From: Flectonema sp. DT1601
Taxonomy: Eukaryota
Direction of reading: 5' to 3'
Length of the DNA: 64,000 nucleotides
Assembly (NCBI GenBank): GCA_964019425.1
Contig: OZ025789.1
Span: 1,302,001 to 1,366,000 of the forward strand
The position numbers and the translations under genes are program-made. Numbering within the stretch: position 1 is the first letter of the stretch; every line of letters starts with the position of its first letter. Positions 23,641 through 36,299 of this stretch are shown in pieces. A model generated the notes under the pieces. That model searched no databases. It worked only from the letters and a program-made list of their open reading frames with translations, and was not told the DNA's origin.

Positions 23641-26537
23641 TTAAGTTTTTTTTATTTATCTTTGTACATTTCTAAAATGTGGAAGAAACTTCAGTTTCGG
23701 AGGAATAAGAAAATTTAAACTTACTGCGTTCTGACATTTCCGATATCGTTCTTTTTCTCTTTGCATTTTGAATGTTTTTCTTCGGAAGTTGGTTAAGCGG
23801 CCAATAGCAGTTCTGTTTCCGTTGCTTCAGCACACTTTCGTTGTTTTAAAGTGAATATTTTTTCCCTTCTCTTGTCAGAAAATTAGAACGCAATAAGTGG
23901 TTGTTCTCTTACCTTTTACCCTTGCGTACGTGATGTCGTCCCCTTCAGGGATGATATCCCTACTGGGGAGAGGTTCTTCGTTCTACCTCATTGGATGCAG
24001 CCACTAACGAACAAAGGAGAATTTCCAAGCGATTCACCCCCTCTATTTTCTATCAATACATTTGCCCCTTTTTTTTCGCATGCAAACTATCAAATGCAAT
24101 GTTGCTACCTGATATAATCCTTATTTTCGCACTTTCTTTTTGTCAAAATTGTTTTAAAAAAATAATAACAATAAATTAAAAAAAAAAAAAAAAAAAAAAA
24201 ACCCTCCTCCTTTTGGTGTTAATTCGCCGGCTGCTAATCATTTTTGTTCGTCGACAACGTTGCTTTTCGAATTGTAAACTACACGCCCTTATGAGAATTG
24301 CAGTATGGCATGGAGTAATGGTTTTTTTTTTTTTTTTGTTTTTTGTTTTTCCTCTTTTTTTTTTTTATACAACCAAAAATAACTCATCCCTTTTCTCGTT
24401 TAATAATTCTTTCTATTTTTTTCAATCGAGACTACGTGAGTTAAAAAAAATGCTGCAGCTTTAGGGCAAAAGGTCGACTCGACATACATCAGTTCAAACT
24501 GGGCAACTATAAACAACTAAATGAGTAAGCAAATTTTCGCATTATATGATGTGTTGTTGTTTACAGCATGAAAGATTATGGCCTATTTGGCTTATATATG
24601 TTATGAGTTTGAACTTTTTTTTGTGGCGATTCAAGATCCCCGTAATTTCTGTTTTGTTGTATTTATTTATTATTTCTAAATCGAATAAGCCATTTTTTTT
24701 AGGAGAACAATGTTTTTTTTTTTTTTATTTTTTATACATAACTATAAGGTTGCGAGTTGGAATGCCACCACTGGAAGCATGCAGATCAGGCATTCACCTC
24801 GTGCCAGAAGGTATTATTTATTGATGATCGTCTATTTTGTTTTTTTATAGTTGCAAACCAGAGTGCTTACCTATTTATTATTTTAGCAAAACCTTTTTTG
24901 TTTTTTGAAAAAAATTTATATAATGAAAAAAATATTTATGGCATTATTTCTTGTTTCCCATACTTTTTTAGCCCAAAAAAAACACCCATCTACGTACCTT
25001 TAAAAAAATATCTTTGGTCATGTTAGCGATTAAAGAAGGAACTCTATTTAGGGGCTTAGTCGAAGACTGCAATCTTTTCTCTCCTTCTTTTTTTTTTTTT
25101 TTTTTTCAGAGCTGTTGTTTTTTTTCTTCTCCTGTTTGACAGTCATCTATTTAGTACATATTAATAAGGGAGAATTCTCATTCGATTTTCTTTTTTTTTT
25201 TCTCCCCTTTCTTTCCCCCTTCATATCCCCTTACGGATGATTTAAAAAATGAAGTGTCACAAGAAAGAGACGCGAACAATATTTGTTCGCGGAATCAGTC
25301 AGGCTCTGTTGTGCTCGCCGTTTCTCTTTATAAAAAGATCCCTATTCCGAGCGTATTTTTTTTCTCTCTTTTCTCCTCCTTCTTTTATTGTCAGCTCTGT
25401 GTTTTCATGTTGAAAGGCCGTCGGGGTTCCTAGAGCCCTGCACTCTGTTTGTGGAGCTAAGGAATTATTTCTATTGACCCCTCCCAATGAGACGAATAAC
25501 TGTTACTGAAAGTAGGGAATCCGTACAGCAGAACTCTTCCCTGTTAAGTTTATCGCTGTTCTTTGAAAGCTATTAGCGCCACGTCTAGCGAAAGCTTTCG
25601 TCAAGAGGTTTACAACCCTTACGAATTACAGTAAGCATTGGGAAGTAAAAAGTATATCAATTATGAGAAAAAAAACTTCTATTGGTACAGTAACAGTCGC
25701 AAAAGGAGGTCGTTTTGTCCATGCGAATAAAATGTCAAAAACGTCATGTGCGTTCTTCCTTCAAACTCTGGACGCTTGACCACAGAAAAAAAAAAAAAAA
25801 GCCAACCCAAGTTCTCATAAAACCACTGTGGTACAATAGTTATGCTCAGTTTTTATGAACAGCTACGGTTGTATCGCTATCGATGTCTCGAATTCGGCAA
25901 ATCATTTCCCCCTGCTTAGCGCAAAACACGAACCTTGAACGAACAGCCCCTTCTTTTGCGAATGCAACGGTCAAGGTCCTTGCGTTATACATTCATTCTT
26001 TTTAAGACTTCTTTCTTTTTTCTTTTTTTAATCCTGAATAATAAAACTTTCTTCTTTTTGAATCGGTCGTCGTCATGAGGATAAACGATGAAAAAATAAT
26101 TATAAAAAAAAAAAAATTTAAAAAAACTAATAAAAAAAATTAAAATAAACAATATCATCAAAGAATTAGAAGATTATCAAAAGGAATTACTTCCTAATTC
26201 TTTCTTAACAGCTTCCTAACTATTCGTTATTGCTGGCAGCTGCTCGAGTCCTGTTCGAGTCCTGCCTGATCAATTTTTCTCGTCTGAGAGTGAAGGTAGC
26301 ATAGCTGTTGCACCCATTCTGGCGTTTTATTGTCGGATATTTGTTAGCTTTTGTAAAAAGTACTGCCTCTCTTACCTCGAGGTGTTTTTTGTTTGATAAG
26401 TTAACAAAAAAGAAAAAACTTTTACCAACTTCACACCCTCGATACTAGTCCTCTATAGTTTTACGCGTAATTGTGTATTTGGAAAAACAAAACAAGCAAG
26501 ACAACTTTAAAAAAAAAAAAAAAAAAAAAAAGCGAAA

Positions 26538-26608
26538 GAAACTATTCAGATTAAGCCGTTTTATTTATTAAGTGATCAACAAAATATAAGGGCTTATTTG
26601 AATAGGTT
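26538..26608. repeat. Dispersed inverted-repeat element family A, copy 1
   Basis: 5' arm AAACTATTCAGATTAAGCC, 3' arm GGCTTATTTGAATAGGTT. Homologous to elements at 29890, 34958 and 57155. Confidence 0.75.
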
Positions 26609-28080
26609 AGTTTCCCCTCCCACTGCTTTTCTCTCTTTCATGAATTTTGTTTTTATTTCTAGTCTGGTTGAGTAACAATGTTTGTTCTATTTTCAGTTGG
26701 TAAAGATGTATTGTTTTGAATACTTTCTGTGTGCCTTCAGATTACATCACATAATTAAATTACTGCTAGTGATGTCAGAACAACTGAGTTAAGTTAGTTA
26801 GCTTTATTTTTTTTCTTAGTCCCTGCTCCCTACATCTCCTACCCCTTTTATCCATTCACACCCATCCCGATTTTTTTTTAAAGCAAAAATAAAAAAAACT
26901 AAAAACAATGACAACATCAATTAGTGTTTTTGGTGTGGATCCACCTGCCAATTCACTTTTTTTTTATATTTTATATATTTCTTTTTTTTTTTTATGTCAT
27001 TCACAAGTCTGGGGATAGTTCGAATCTCAGTTGGCTGGATCCACGCTTCACCATTGAGAGACAGATCTAGACACTCAAAAAAAAAAAAAAAACTACTACT
27101 GCTACTGCTACTACTACAACTATAGTGCCATTTTGCTCGTTGAAGAGCCTTTTTTTTAAAATTTTTTTTTTTGTTTTTCTCCCCTTAACGTCTCTGATAC
27201 TATAAGAAACGGGCATGATTTATAGTATTTATTCATTCACGGTTAAGTAGTATCATCATAATCGGCTCTCAACAAAAACTTGACAATTTGTCATGAAAAA
27301 ACGGGCTATGTGACAGTTCGCAGTTTAGAATCAAAAGAATGACATGTTGTCGCTGGAATAAGAAACGAGGGGGAAAAAAAAAAAAAATAAATTTTTACTT
27401 CAAAAAAAAAAAAAAAAAAACTTTTGTGTTCTTTTTCTTTCTTTATATGATTATTGTCATTCTCGTTGCAAGCAAGACTGCTAACTGTTCTCGTAGTTTG
27501 CTTTTTTTCCGCCTGCCTCGTTTCTACTTCTGTGCGATCTCCCCTCCCCAAACAAAACCTTCTTTTTTTTTTTTTTTTATATTGATTTCTTTTTATGCAT
27601 GCAAGTAGTTTGTTGTGGTGTCTAACTACCAAAGCACAGTGTAAAAATGAAAAAAAAAAAATAGGAAAAAAAAAAAAGAAACAAAACACGTCGTATTTAC
27701 GAAATTCAGCAAAAACTGCTATGCTCCTACCGCTGATCCAAACAACCAAAAAAAAAAAAAAAAAAGTATTAAAAAATAAAGCGGACAACCTAGGTATATT
27801 ATTAAAAAAAAAGGAGAATTTCTTATTATACAAATTTTCTAAGAGGAAAAGAAAAGGAGTTTCCATTTTTTTTTTTCCCGGAAAAAAATAAAAAAAAATA
27901 AAAAAAATAAAAAATTCTAATTTGGTTTTCATCTTTTAATTCTTTTTTTTTTGAATTAAGAAACCTCACGTAGTAGTCCCACCCCCCTCCCCGTAATCCT
28001 TACGCGCGAAGTTCAAATTTGAATATGAGACAAACAAGAAACACGTCAGCTTAAATACATATTTTCAACAGTCACAAAAG

Positions 28081-28488
28081 ATGCCGACTCTTAGCTCCGA
28101 TGACACCGTTGCAATTACAAACCTAATTCATGGATTCTTCCATTGCCTTGATTCACAAGATGGAAAAAGTCTAAAAGAATTATTCGTTCCAGGGGGTGGC
28201 TTTCGACTCACAACACTTGAAATTGATATTAGCGGCGAAGGATTAGTCAGTTTTGTTGAAAATATAAATAAAAAATTCCCAAATGCTCAACACTGGGAGG
28301 GAAACATGTTAACCGTTTCCGATGAAGGTATCGTTACTAACAAATCTTACTGGCAAGCTCAACATGAAGGTTCCGTTGTGTCTTACGGTACTCACACAGA
28401 TACAATTATAAATGAAAGAGGCTCATGGCTATTTAAACACAGAGATATTTCCCATAGTTGGAGAAAACCAGCTTCTACAAGCAATTAA
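28081..28488 (+). CDS. SnoaL-like / NTF2-like family protein
   Basis: Pattern AITNLIHGFFHCLDSQD..LKELFVPGG..G..HWEGN..YGTHTD..GSWLFKHRDI is typical of SnoaL_4/NTF2 folds. CAG acceptor just upstream. Confidence 0.8.
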   Translation: MPTLSSDDTVAITNLIHGFFHCLDSQDGKSLKELFVPGGGFRLTTLEIDISGEGLVSFVENINKKFPNAQHWEGNMLTVSDEGIVTNKSYWQAQHEGSVVSYGTHTDTIINERGSWLFKHRDISHSWRKPASTSN

Positions 28489-28635
28489 TAATTTGTGTAT
28501 TATAAACTTACTTAACACGAATGTTCCGTACATTTCGTTTGTTCTATTGGTTGAGATTAGTATTAATTTCTATGAACGGATGGTGTTACTTTTATTTATT
28601 TTTATTTTTTTTTCGTAGAATAAATTATAACAAAA

Positions 28636-29403
28636 ATGAATATAGTTGTTGGAACCGTCTGGATACTACTGGGATGTGCGTGCATGGCAGGCTGTGGCCA
28701 CTTAGTATGGGAAGGAAAGTACGAGGGTTTAATATTATTTTGGCCCGGTGCAATATTAGGACAGTTCGGAATTTGTCACATTTGGTGTCCTCAAATTGGA
28801 GTCATGATGTTGGGAAAAAGTTCTAACGGATTCATACCCCTCTACAGAACTGTAATATTCCTTCCATATCTGTTATGTGCATGGCTGTGGTGGCTGATAC
28901 GTTATGCTGTGTTGCTGTGTAAGAATGAACCAGCCTATGATAAAGTATGGGATAACGTGTATGTTGGAAGACATCCAGTGTTCTCTGGTTTCCCAGAGAA
29001 CACCGGACTGGTTATTGATTTAACTACTGAAATGTACGGGATAAAACCAAAGGACAATCCTGGCTGTAGATATATGGTAGCTCCGGCCTTAGATACTTGC
29101 TCGCCTGATCCAGAGGCATGGCATAGTGTTATAAAGGAGATTATTGATACTAAGCTAACAATGCCGTCAACAATTATATACGTCCACTGCGCATACGGGC
29201 ATGGTAGAAGCGGGATCACGGTTGCGGCTGCGATGGTCAGAACTGGTGTTTGTGCTAATTTTGAAATTGCTGCTGGGCATCTAAAAGGTGAACGTCCTTC
29301 GATTAATTGGCAGCCTGTTCAGGAGTTTGCAGCCCTTCAACTTATTGATCCCCTAACCACTACGGAACTTTCAGATATTATGCTACCTCCTGAAGCAGGT
29401 TGA
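28636..29403 (+). CDS. Membrane-anchored dual-specificity phosphatase (YnbD-like)
   Basis: Catalytic loop YVHCAYGHGRS (HCx5R), VYVGR, VIDLTTE and APALD motifs, and three N-terminal hydrophobic segments. Confidence 0.85.
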   Translation: MNIVVGTVWILLGCACMAGCGHLVWEGKYEGLILFWPGAILGQFGICHIWCPQIGVMMLGKSSNGFIPLYRTVIFLPYLLCAWLWWLIRYAVLLCKNEPAYDKVWDNVYVGRHPVFSGFPENTGLVIDLTTEMYGIKPKDNPGCRYMVAPALDTCSPDPEAWHSVIKEIIDTKLTMPSTIIYVHCAYGHGRSGITVAAAMVRTGVCANFEIAAGHLKGERPSINWQPVQEFAALQLIDPLTTTELSDIMLPPEAG

Positions 29404-29889
29404 GGCTGTTGTTGTATTTTATCAAAAATATTTCTTTTTTTTGCATTACACGAAGCACCAAAATCTTATTGTTTCGCACGTATATTCCCAATTTGTGTTT
29501 TTTTCCCCTCTTTTTTCTATTAAAACTTATTCGTTATCGTTCATGATCAAAGTATTTTTCTGGAGGGCGTCATTTTCCCCCCCTTTCCAGAGCTTGATAA
29601 TACAGTATCAATTTACCCCCCCTTTTTTTTGTTATTCTTTTTACTAAGTAAAAAAACGTCTGTTTCACAATAGATCTCTTCACTTCAGAAGAGTGTGTAG
29701 AGAAGTCACCTGCTGTTCTCAGTGGGATTCGCTGTTTTATATAATTGTTGATTGTATGTAATGTGTGTAACGCTATTCCGACGCCACATTGGTAATGATC
29801 GAAAAAAAAAAAAAAAAAAAAAAACTATTCTGTCGTGTTTGTCCAATTGTTCAATTTATTTGATCTTTTTTCTTTTTTTGTACCAATAG

Positions 29890-29957
29890 TATTCAGGTTA
29901 AAGGCCGTTATTTCTTATAGTCATTGTGCGACAGGAATTCTGTCTGCGTTCAACGAG
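29890..29957. repeat. Family A, copy 2 (3'-truncated)
   Basis: 5' arm TATTCAGGTTAAAGGCCGTTATTTCTT plus internal CGACAGGAATTCTGTCTGCGTTCAACGA shared with the copy at 34958. Confidence 0.65.
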
Positions 29958-30307
29958 ATTCTTTTTTTTTTTTTTTTTTTTTGTGTTATTTTCTTTTTGT
30001 TATTTTTTTACTTACAAGTCTTACTAGGTTGTGACGCCCTACAAATCAGCGGCTCTTTAAATTAACAACTGAAGTTGGAAAAATAAATAAATATTTGTAT
30101 GGCTCACCCAGGAATAACTTTACTTTTCCTATCCTGTCATTATTGCGTGCGGGACATCATACTGTGCCTTGTTGTTAGACTGTACAAGAGAGGTTAGTTT
30201 GTGCAAAAGAATTTGTTTTTCATAAATTGTGGATCATATTTCACCTATGCTGTTCATGGGCGACTACTATGTTTAATCTTTGTTTGTCTGTTACGGATAA
30301 AACTGAA

Positions 30308-30342
<35 letters not shown>

Positions 30343-30440
30343 GAAAGGTCTTTTCCTCCTTAAAGTGAACTATAAGTAACTGCTGATATCAAATACCTAA
30401 ATCAATACTGGTCAATTCATTCTTTTCAGATTCATAATAA

Positions 30441-31229
30441 ATGGCTAGCCGTGATGCACGACGTTTGATTGCGGAAGAAACAATGAAAGCACTCGACAAG
30501 GGTGTTTTCAGTAAATATTGTTTCAGAAAGGAACTCGCAGATGCAATTGAAGCATCGAAACTGTACAAAGAGTCTGACAATGTGAGACTGATGAAGAAAT
30601 TAGATACCACTCCTGGTTCAGTTGAAGTAGTTCAATGTACAACTCTTCAAGGATGCAATCGGTATAAAGATAAAAAACTTTGCGTTTTAAACTTTGCATC
30701 AGCAAGAAACCCAGGTGGTGGTTTTATGAAAGGATCACAAGCACAAGAAGAATCTCTAGTTAGGGCATCCGGTCTCTATCCCTGCCTTACTAAATTCCAT
30801 GAAGATTTCTACTTACATCATAGAAAAGGTACACCAGGTTTCTACTCACATTCGATAATTGAATCACCAGATGTTCCGATATTCAGAGATGACATGGGTA
30901 AGGCTATCCAGCCATATGAAGTGACTTTTGTAACGTCACCAGCACCTAATAGGAATGCTATTTGTAGAGATCATGGAGATTCAGCGGTAGTGACGAACAC
31001 TCTGAAGGAGAGAATTCGTCGTATTTTAATTATTATGAAAAATTCTAATCCGGAGGTAGCTGTTTTGGGAGCGTATGGTTGTGGGGTGTTTGGAAACGAT
31101 CCGGTTTTGGTCGCAAGCATCTTCAATAGCTTTCTTAAAACAAAAGAATTTTCATTTCCGCATGTCATATTCGCCATCACAGATCCGACTATGGTCTCAA
31201 CCTTCAAAAGGATTTTAAACAGTGCTTGA
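30441..31229 (+). CDS. Microbial-type poly(ADP-ribose) glycohydrolase, TIGR02452/DUF2263 macrodomain family
   Basis: VLNFASARNPGGGFMKGSQAQEESLVRAS (GGG-x-QEE PARG signature), SPDVPIFRDD, FVTSPAPN and VLGAYGCGVFGNDP. Confidence 0.92.
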   Translation: MASRDARRLIAEETMKALDKGVFSKYCFRKELADAIEASKLYKESDNVRLMKKLDTTPGSVEVVQCTTLQGCNRYKDKKLCVLNFASARNPGGGFMKGSQAQEESLVRASGLYPCLTKFHEDFYLHHRKGTPGFYSHSIIESPDVPIFRDDMGKAIQPYEVTFVTSPAPNRNAICRDHGDSAVVTNTLKERIRRILIIMKNSNPEVAVLGAYGCGVFGNDPVLVASIFNSFLKTKEFSFPHVIFAITDPTMVSTFKRILNSA

Positions 31230-31494
31230 TACGATAGCTATATTCTCTATTTGATAAATAGCATAGGATTGCACTTTAGGGAATTGAGTGTTTTACCTTA
31301 TACGATTGTTGTCGTCACGCCTATCTTTTTTTTTAAACTTTTCATTCTCTCCTCTCGTTCTATTTTTTTTTTTCATAATGCTTTCTATCTAACCCACGAA
31401 GGCATCTGTTATCCAAAATATGGACGACGGTTTATATTTAAGAAGAGTTGTTAAAGGTGAACTTAATTAGTTTTTCAACACAGTGATAATCAGA

Positions 31495-34492
31495 ATGTCT
31501 TCCCCTCTTTGGGATATTGTAGCCATCTGTGGTGGAGATGAGGTTACTTATGGTGTTCAAAAATTAGAAGATCGAGTGAAAGGATGCAAAGACTGGATGA
31601 GAGAACTAGGTGTCTCAAGTGAGACAACTATTGTTGCAGTTCCGGATCCTTTTGGTGAAGATGCTCATCGTAAGAGTGGGATTGTCGGGAGTGGAGGAGC
31701 TGCATTGAATGCTGTTCTACACGTCGCTGAATTAATATCTTCAAGGATGTTGAGTGGGAATATAATACCAAATGTCTTTAGGCAGAGTAGAGTAGCTGTC
31801 TTACTGTGCGGGTCATCAGAATCTATTACTGGTTCCTTACTCGGTAAAGCCTTCTCACCACTTCCTCTTGGACCACCTGAGTCAATGACCACAGGAGGAA
31901 TAACTAACGCAGAGTTATTGCTATTGTCATTATCAAGAATGGTTGACAACGCTTCCGCTGTATGGGTTTGTAGTACTGATTGGTTGATTCACACTCCAAG
32001 TGGATTCTCGTCTCCTTTCTGTGCTGATCGTTTAGGTGATATTACAGCCCTTGCTTTTATTGGACCAGAATCGGTTTCTCATAATCACGGAATTTATAAA
32101 ATAGCTTCTGACAATACAATCACTGACATCCTTTACAAACCAGGTAATGACACTCCCCACGACGTTGCATTCAACGGACAGGTTTTAGTGGTCGCTCCAA
32201 TAGTAAGATTCTCTCCAAAGAGTGCCGAGTGTTTCTTGTCTTTATATGTACAAGTTCCATTTGATGCTTGCACCTACTACGGATCGGATAGTGCGTCTGT
32301 TCCTGCAAGACTAAACTTGTACTTAGATGTCCTTATGAGTTTAACTACAAAAGGTAAAAAGTCTTACATGTCTGGTACCGAAACCACCTTCGATGACGGT
32401 CGTTTATCGTGTCTCCCACTCAAAGCCAGACAAACCCTTTCTAGAACGTTTGCTGGTCTTAGTTTGAAGGCAGCTATTCCATCATTTCCTCCAATGTTTT
32501 GGGCATACCCACAAACTGCAAAGCAGTGGTGTATTTCTGTATTGTCTCTAATTCATGCAGTCAGAGCAGATAAGAGAATCTGTTGTCCTGATGAACAGGA
32601 ATCGTCTAAACTTTTGTTCAGATCAGACATCTCACCGACAGCAGTTGTTGGGAATCACACAATACTACACTCATGTCAGGTTGGAGAAGGTGCTTTGATA
32701 GAAGACGGTTGTTACCTTTATCATCAAACTATTAATCCTGATGAAAAGGTTGAGGCGGGGACATTCCGTGGATACTCTGATATACAAAGTCAAAGAACAA
32801 CTTGTTATAATGAATTGAAATGGATTGAAGAACTAAACTGTCTTATTGATATGAAACAAATTAGATCGGTTCTAACAAATGGTGTAAACATTAACATAAC
32901 ACCAGCTCTTCAAAGGTTGTCAAGGTGTACAGTTGTTGCTGTTGAGAAAGTCTTAACAATCTTAGACGACATTCTACTCACAGTTCCTCTCGCAAAGGTT
33001 GGAAGAGTCCTCCACATAACAGCCGACTATTTAGCAGCCTGCGCTTACGGCAAGGGAGGTCTCAGATCAGGTCCTGCACGTAACAGCAAGTGGCTCCCAG
33101 CTATAAAAGCAATGCAACGATGGGACAAGTCAGATGAAGGCAAACGTGAGTGGGTTCAAGAATTAGCAAAAGAACGTAAGAACTGGTTAGAATCACCAGA
33201 GACACTAATTAGAGCTGCTCGTCACTACGAAGGAGCAGCGGCTGTGATAACAGCGATTTGTGTTGACAGCGCATCCTCATTTATTGAATACACTACTGTA
33301 GATCAGCCTCCATTGAATGAATGGATAACATGCGCATCACCAGCAAGAATTGACTTGTCAGGTGGATGGACAGACACCCCACCAGTTTCTTACGAAACCG
33401 GAGGAAGAGTTGTAAACATTGCTATAACTGTTGGAGGTGAGCAACCACTAAGAGCTTCTGCGAGATTGATACCAGAATTCGTATTAAAATTGCGTACCGA
33501 CACAGGAATATCAATTACGTGTTCTACTTTAGAATCACTTGCTGACTTTAACACCCCTCAAGCCCCTGCAGCAATCCTAAAAGCTGCATTCATTGCTCTT
33601 AATGTTGTTTGTCTTACTTCTGGTCAGAGCTTGGAAGATCAGCTTCGTAAATTCGGTGGTGGAATTGAAGTAAAAACATCATCAACTCTACCTGTTGGAT
33701 CTGGTCTTGGTGGAAGTAGTATCTTAGGAGGAGTATTATTAAAGGCAATTGGGTTAGCATGCAGTAGAGACTACGATCTTAACAGTTTGGTACACACAGT
33801 TCTTAGACTTGAGCAGTTGCTAACTTCAGGTGGTGGTTGGCAAGATCAAGTTGGAGGGTTTTATCCTAACATGAAGTGTTGTAAGTCAGATGCGTCATTG
33901 CCACTAAAGGTCGAGACGACACAACTCCATGTCAGACCTGGATTCTTAAAAACACTTTCGTCTCATATGTTACTGGTTTACACTGGTCGCGCTCGTTTAG
34001 CAAGAAACTTACTTCAGGGTGTTCTCAGAAGGTGGGCAGCAAGACTTCCGGAAGTCGTAGAAACAGTTGAGGACCTTCGTGCAAACGGAGAAGCACTTAT
34101 AAAAGGTATTGAGGAGGAAGACATTCCACTTATCGGTGAGAGTATTAAAAAATATTGGGAACAAAAAAAACTTATGGCAGGCTGTGGTGTAGAACCCCTA
34201 GTCGTCACGACTGCTCTCCGAGAGTGGGAACCTCATCTTCACGGTGCTACCCTTGGTGGTGCAGGAGGAGGAGGGTTCATGTTAATTATTACAAAGAAGC
34301 CACACATGACTGATATTCTAAAGGTTTGTTGTGTTATTAATGTACTTTATGTTGAACGGGACAAAAAAAAAAATAAAAATAAAAATAATAAAACAGAAAA
34401 TTACGTTCGAGGGTTCAGCTGATATGTCCTTTTACGACATGCAAATCGACGACGTTGGACTGAACGTAACCCGCGGTAATGTCGAAATATAA
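31495..34492 (+). CDS. FCSK: L-fucose kinase (GHMP kinase with N-terminal fucokinase/pyrophosphorylase-like region); exons 31495-34323 and 34397-34492
   Basis: Motifs VGSGGAALNA, GGLRSGPARN, LIRAARHYEGA, PARIDLSGGWTDTPP, LPVGSGLGGSS, GGGWQDQVGG and GGAGGGGF. Removing GT-AG intron 34324-34396 restores the C-terminus KITFEGSADMSFYDMQIDDVGLNVTRGNVEI*. Confidence 0.9.
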
Positions 34493-34957
34493 ACAGATCT
34501 TTCAAACTAAAATACACGATTGATTTAGGGAAGAAAACTTTGATTTATTTTATTTTGTTTTGTCAATCTCCTTGTCTCCCCTATTCATCTTTTTTTTTTT
34601 TTTTAAATTAAACCCTCTCTCCATATGCGTTGCCTTTTAAATAATTAAACTGCTGCTCAGCACCTGAGATAGGAATAAGTTTTTACAGAAGCTGCATTGG
34701 AGGAAAATTATTTCCTTGTTATGCTGGTTGATCAATTCGGAGGGGGAGGGAAAAAAAAAAAAAAAAAATCACTTGTAGTAGTTTTTAATCCCAATTTTTA
34801 GTTCCTTCGATTTGCCGTCAGCTGTTAATGTGTTTGTTTTTTTTTGTTTTTTTTAATAAAAAAAAAAAAAAAAACCATTGGCGACATCCCATTGCTGGAT
34901 GTGGCAATTACCTAGTGTTTTTTATTATTATTATATTGTTTTTTTTTGTCGGAGAAG

Positions 34958-35065
34958 AAACTATTCAGATTGAAAGCCGGTATTTCTTGTGGTTATGATT
35001 TATTTTCCCCGTACGACAGGATTTTGTCTGCGTTCAACGAAATAAAGGGCTAATCTGAATGGTTT
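34958..35065. repeat. Family A, copy 3 (most complete)
   Basis: 5' arm AAACTATTCAGATTGAAAGCC, 3' arm GGCTAATCTGAATGGTTT, internal GACAGGATTTTGTC hairpin. Confidence 0.8.
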
Positions 35066-36299
35066 TTTTTTTTTTTTTTTTTTTGAATGTATGTGTCGCC
35101 TTCGGGAATTTAAAAAAAAAAACTAAATTAGTATTTAATATAATTACTATTGGTATTAAAAATACGCATGCATGAAGCACATTGTCCTTTCATATATCAG
35201 TTGCGTTTAAAAAAAAAAAAAAAAACAAAGAAAAAAAAAAATAAAGAACAGTTTTTTTTTTTTTTTTTCGCATGGCCGCAAGGCTTTCTAGCTGCCGATG
35301 TGTATTGATTATTTTGTGAGGAAAATATTCGCAAAATCTCTCTACAAAAAAACTGTCTTCCCAACGTTTCATTTTTTTTTAAATTTTTTAATTTTTTTTT
35401 TTTTTTTTATTCCCCCTCATTTCGTAGGTTCTGATACTTTTGAGCCAAGTTGTTTACTGATGGGCGATAAAAGAACCGACTAATAGCGTATAGTGAGTGA
35501 CTAAATGTATTCTTTATTTTTAGAATAATATTTGGCATTAAAAAAAAAAAAAAAAAAAGGGTTCTCCAACTGCCCTCCTGCAAGTGGAAAACAATAAAAA
35601 CTGTAACAAATAACCTTTTTTTATCCAACAACAACAACAGAAAAAGAAGAAGAATGGGATTTTTCTATTTTTTTCCCCCGTTCTTTCCCCACCGAGGAAA
35701 CCTAAAAAGCTGTAACGGCCTACATGGCGAAACTATTTCAGCTTTAAGCAGCAGGGTATCAATTTGCTCTCAGTGATGATCTCGTCTGTTGTTTCTTAGG
35801 CTACTTATATTTTATTACTGTGATCTGTCGGGCAGATAGGTTCTGACTTTATTCAACTCCCAGTTGGTCATTTTACAAAGACTCTGTAAAATTGATTGAC
35901 TACATCCGAAATACAAAAAAAAAAGAACAACAAAGTCAATTAAGTGGTAGTGTAGAGAATTTTTCTTTCTTTTTTTTTTTTCTTTCTTTGCTAATATCTA
36001 AGAGACTCAAAATAAGGAGATTTAAACGGCCATTCTATAAAGTTAACTTCAGTTTAGTACAAAAAAAAAAAAAAAAAAAAAAAAAAAAGAAAAACTTCGT
36101 CATTAATTATAAAGCACTACTTCCTTGTGGAGGATGATTTGCTTATTTTTTTCATTTAAGCTACAAAAAAAAAAAAATAATATTTTTTTTTATATATTGT
36201 AGTCAGAATTTACATCAAATGCGTGTGTGCTACTCACGTAGATGTCATTCACTTATTTATCTCGTCATTATTTTCATCCAACAGTTAGATATATGTCAG

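Noticed and set aside
23939..23969. Hairpin sharing TTCAGGGATGATAT with ~2070-2083
   Set aside because: Only a 14-nt match, and no convincing snoRNA box arrangement.
27005..27055. GTTCGAATC T-loop-like motif suggesting a tRNA
   Set aside because: No T-stem, acceptor stem or anticodon arm could be folded.
12569..27932. Dozens of 60-208 aa ORFs in the desert, including 27306-27932 (-)
   Set aside because: Artefacts of A/T runs, with non-ATG starts and no motifs.
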